Below, in pieces: positions 60,964 through 64,000 of a stretch of DNA of 64,000 bases (positions are counted from its first letter, which is position 1; each line of letters begins with the position of its first letter). The position numbers were made by a program, and so were the translations under genes. The notes under the pieces were generated by a model. It worked only from the letters and a program-made list of their open reading frames with translations, ran no database searches and was not told the origin of the DNA. The DNA comes from Diplonema japonicum (taxonomy: Eukaryota; Protista; Euglenozoa: Diplonemea): the NCBI GenBank assembly GCA_964019335.1, contig OZ025714.1:186001-250000 (forward strand), given 5' to 3'.

Positions 60964-61903
60964 TTTAGTTTTCGTTGAATCTGATTTGCTGTTGTCAATA
61001 AAGCAAAGTGAGGGGGGGCTAAGAAAAAGCGTAAAAAAAAAACAAAAAGAAGATTACAAGACCAACAGGAATTACTTTCTGTGATCCCTCACCTTCTATT
61101 TTGCTGTCATTCATTTTCTTTCTCTTTACTTTAGTAACCATGCATTTCAAAGAGGTGGTATTCAAACGCAACCATTCTGTCATCCATGTTGTCAATATTT
61201 CGATCAGCAAAGTCGCTTCACAGCAACACTGCGACTGACAACAGGGGGGAGGGAGGGGGTACTCTTTTTTGTTTTGTTAAATTTTGTAGTTTTTCTTTGT
61301 CGTTGCTTTGTGTTTTCTTTTTCCTTTTTGTTGTCCCATTCATACAGACGCACTTCAATCCTGTTTTTTTTTTCTCCAATTTCTTATGTAGGACAAAAAA
61401 GAGGAGTGTTTTAGGAATGAAATGAAAAAGGGAACGAAAAAAGGTAAGTTGTGAGTATCTTCTTCTTTCTTTTGTTTTTCATTTTTTTTTTTTGTAGTTT
61501 AGATGTAGTTTGGTCAGGGTTTGAGTAACCTTCTCGCAGAATCTTCTTGCATCGTGTCGTTTGGCTTAATTTATTCCTTTCACACGGAGCAGGTTTGAAA
61601 GAAATGCAAGAATAAAAAATGGTTCAAAAAATTCATATTGAGCAGAGAGGAGGGAGGCAGAGCCTCTATAGTGAGACGAGGGTCAACACCAAATCACATA
61701 TGAACCGAACGAGTATGGGGGCAAGTGCCTCCATAGCTAGAAAGGAACAAAGAGGGATGGCGGACACAGTACTTTTTTTCTTTTTTAAATCTCACACGAG
61801 AGTTTCGACTCAGATTTCGCAAGTGAAAAGAAAAGGAAACTAAAAAAACGGCCACCAAAACAAAGGCCGGAACAGAATTGAGTTGTAGTACCATCAACTT
61901 CGC

Positions 61904-63346
61904 TTACTGCGGGATCTTGCAGAACTCATCGAATTTGCAGTCGCCCGCCATGGGGTAGGCGGTGAAGAGGTCGTCGGGGCTGCAGAACTGCACGTTCGTC
62001 TTGTCCGCCCCACACTTCGGCCACCTGATGCGCCTCTCGTTGTGGAGGAGCTCCGTCTTCCAGCTCGTCACGCCCTCAGCATTCTCACACCTGTGCAGAA
62101 CCATGTCCACGTTCGCCGCCATCGGGGAGATCACACCAGTGCGCCACTTCCTTGCCATCGCCTGCTCCCAAGGCATGTCCGCAGTGAGGGGGACAGGGTC
62201 CACGTACAGCCCAAGCTGGGAAAGGAGGGGCTGGATCGTGTCGCTGTGCCCGAACATGAAGGCCGCCTGCACCTCGTTGTCGTCCTCAGAGTACTTCTTC
62301 AGACCGTTCAAGAGCTTCGACATCAGAGGGCACGCAAGATCTTGTGCGATCTGGGTACCGTGGCCACCCTCGTAGTACTCCCCAAGGTCCTTCAGGAAGG
62401 CGAACATCTCGTAGTCCTTCTCCTCGAACACAGCACAGGGGCTGTGGCGGCGGGGGGTGTCGAGCACCACAGTCTCGAACATGCACGCCTTGTAAAGAAG
62501 CTCCAACCCGTCGAAGTCAAGCTTCCACACAGAGGTGTCGAGCTGGAGCTTCGCCGTCACACGGGCACCAACCTCCTCCTCGAGCTTCTTCTCGAAGATG
62601 TCCTCCTGCACCTTCCCAGGGAAGTTGTCGTCGTCGGTGATCGCATCGTAGTTGGGGCAGTTGTCCGAAAACCTGATGATCTTGTCACCATCGTAGTCCT
62701 CTAACCCGTTCCACAGGCAGAACATCGCAACAGGCTCGTTGTTGTCCCTCCCGAGTTGGCCCCTCCCCTCCTGGAAGGAGGACAAGGCGAAGGCGCTGGC
62801 TGACCTAGAGGTCCTGGTCTTCCAAGTGTGCTGGAAGGTGTGGTAGATGGGGTTGTAGTCCTCAGAGAGGATGTCCCTACCGTATTTGCGCCTGTACCTT
62901 GCCCCCATCTTGTAGAGCTCCTCCTTCCCCACCTCGTTCAGGTGCTTCTCAACGTTGGTCGGGAAGGGGTTCGTCCAGGACTTCAGGAAGGCGTACCTGG
63001 GGTTCTTGATGGCACTCCCCTTGCTCGCGAGGAGCTCCTCCAAGTCCTTCACGTCGTCGTTGTCGTCGTACCTCGACCCGTGCCTCCCGACGTGCTGTAG
63101 GTGCACAGCCTCACACCTCTCGTCACCCTCCCCCACGGGACCCTCGTGCTCGTGGTTGGACAGGGACTTCGAGCTCCAGTAAGGGGTTTTCGTTGTGAAG
63201 TCGTACTTAGTCGGCCTCCTGGAAGGAGGGTTCCTGTTCCTGTTCCACCAGTTCCATCCGTGGTGGTGGCCCCAGTGGTCCCAGTGGGAGGTGAAGGTGC
63301 CCTCAGCAGCGGCCAGAAGGCCCAACACAAGCACGGCTTTCATCAT
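61904..63346 (-). CDS. MINPP1: Secreted histidine acid phosphatase, MINPP/phytase-like, copy 2
   Basis: Near-identical tandem paralog of 59533-60963. Confidence 0.88.
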   Translation of the reverse strand: MMKAVLVLGLLAAAEGTFTSHWDHWGHHHGWNWWNRNRNPPSRRPTKYDFTTKTPYWSSKSLSNHEHEGPVGEGDERCEAVHLQHVGRHGSRYDDNDDVKDLEELLASKGSAIKNPRYAFLKSWTNPFPTNVEKHLNEVGKEELYKMGARYRRKYGRDILSEDYNPIYHTFQHTWKTRTSRSASAFALSSFQEGRGQLGRDNNEPVAMFCLWNGLEDYDGDKIIRFSDNCPNYDAITDDDNFPGKVQEDIFEKKLEEEVGARVTAKLQLDTSVWKLDFDGLELLYKACMFETVVLDTPRRHSPCAVFEEKDYEMFAFLKDLGEYYEGGHGTQIAQDLACPLMSKLLNGLKKYSEDDNEVQAAFMFGHSDTIQPLLSQLGLYVDPVPLTADMPWEQAMARKWRTGVISPMAANVDMVLHRCENAEGVTSWKTELLHNERRIRWPKCGADKTNVQFCSPDDLFTAYPMAGDCKFDEFCKIPQ

Positions 63347-64000
63347 TTTCGTTTTTGGTTAAACTGTTATGTAAGTTAGTCATAATTAGAATTTAAATAA
63401 TCTAAAATTGCTCAGGTCGTGTTTCAAAAACCGAAGGTGATCTGTTAACCTAGATTCTATGAGAGATAAAGAAGAAGAAGAGAAGACAGAAGAATAGAAC
63501 ATGCTAAAAGATTTCTGTAGTTTTGTGCCTGGCATGGGGACCGTTACAAAATTAGAAAGCATATTGAGCATCGGGAATTGGAAACATAACCTTCTTTGTT
63601 TCAATCAACTTAGTCAATAGAAGCAGGCATGTCAGTTCCCTTTCACCGTTCGTTCAGACTAGAAATGCGTTAATAAATTGTCTATTCGCCATTGTAAGCA
63701 AAACTACCTAGAGGCAGACTGCGATGGCAGAAATTCTTTTTTTCTTTTTCGTTAACCTTTATGCTACCAATTACCCCCCCTGGTAACATAAGGGTAAAAC
63801 TAGAAGAAAAAAAAAAGAGTCAAAAGAGGATTATCATTTCGCCCTTACTCCTTGAAGAAGTTGAGGAAAAGAAATCAAAAGCAGGAAAAAAAAATGGGTC
63901 TAGAATTTTAGAAAAACATCATAGGGTCCCACTTTGAACGAGTTACGTGGCAGACGCCCCTGCAGCGAGCTAAGGGCCTCCGCAGCAGATCAAATGGTGA

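Noticed and set aside
1-64000. Non-standard genetic code, tRNA/rRNA or SL RNA genes
   Set aside because: TAA, TAG and TGA all terminate genes at expected positions; no structural RNA gene recognised by eye.

Overview
Eukaryotic nuclear DNA, most likely a euglenozoan protist (inference, not proven): about 22 protein genes, all on the minus strand, including a mitochondrial-type HslU and an N-acylated MGCC kinase. Genes are separated by long A/T/G/C homopolymer tracts and carry about 24 very short (37-93 nt) GT-AG introns, reconstructed by hand with reading frames restored. Most of these introns have poly(A) or purine tracts rather than a polypyrimidine tract before the 3' AG. Recognisable genes: NADP-isocitrate dehydrogenase, HslU, a C9orf72 homolog (broken by a 200-N gap), EF-hand NEK-like kinase, TMEM43-like, SAYSvFN+SEC-C, TPR/IQ, ankyrin/F-box, PDZ coiled-coil, scramblase, double ubiquitin-like, FAM135-like, and two near-identical MINPP-type phosphatases. 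Intergenic DNA holds decayed piggyBac, MULE and non-LTR elements. The most striking signal is a set of non-coding elements (34.5-35.3 kb, 44.1-44.9 kb, a fragment at 10.8 kb, probably 55.9-56.8 kb) with an A-A'-B-B' inverted-repeat layout. They have conserved termini, an internal site complementary to their own end-to-end junction, and stems whose mismatches are mostly tandem GA/GA or G-T on one strand, suggesting folded single-stranded substrates for a tyrosine-recombinase-like (Crypton-like) system. All family assignments come from remembered motifs; no database search was run.
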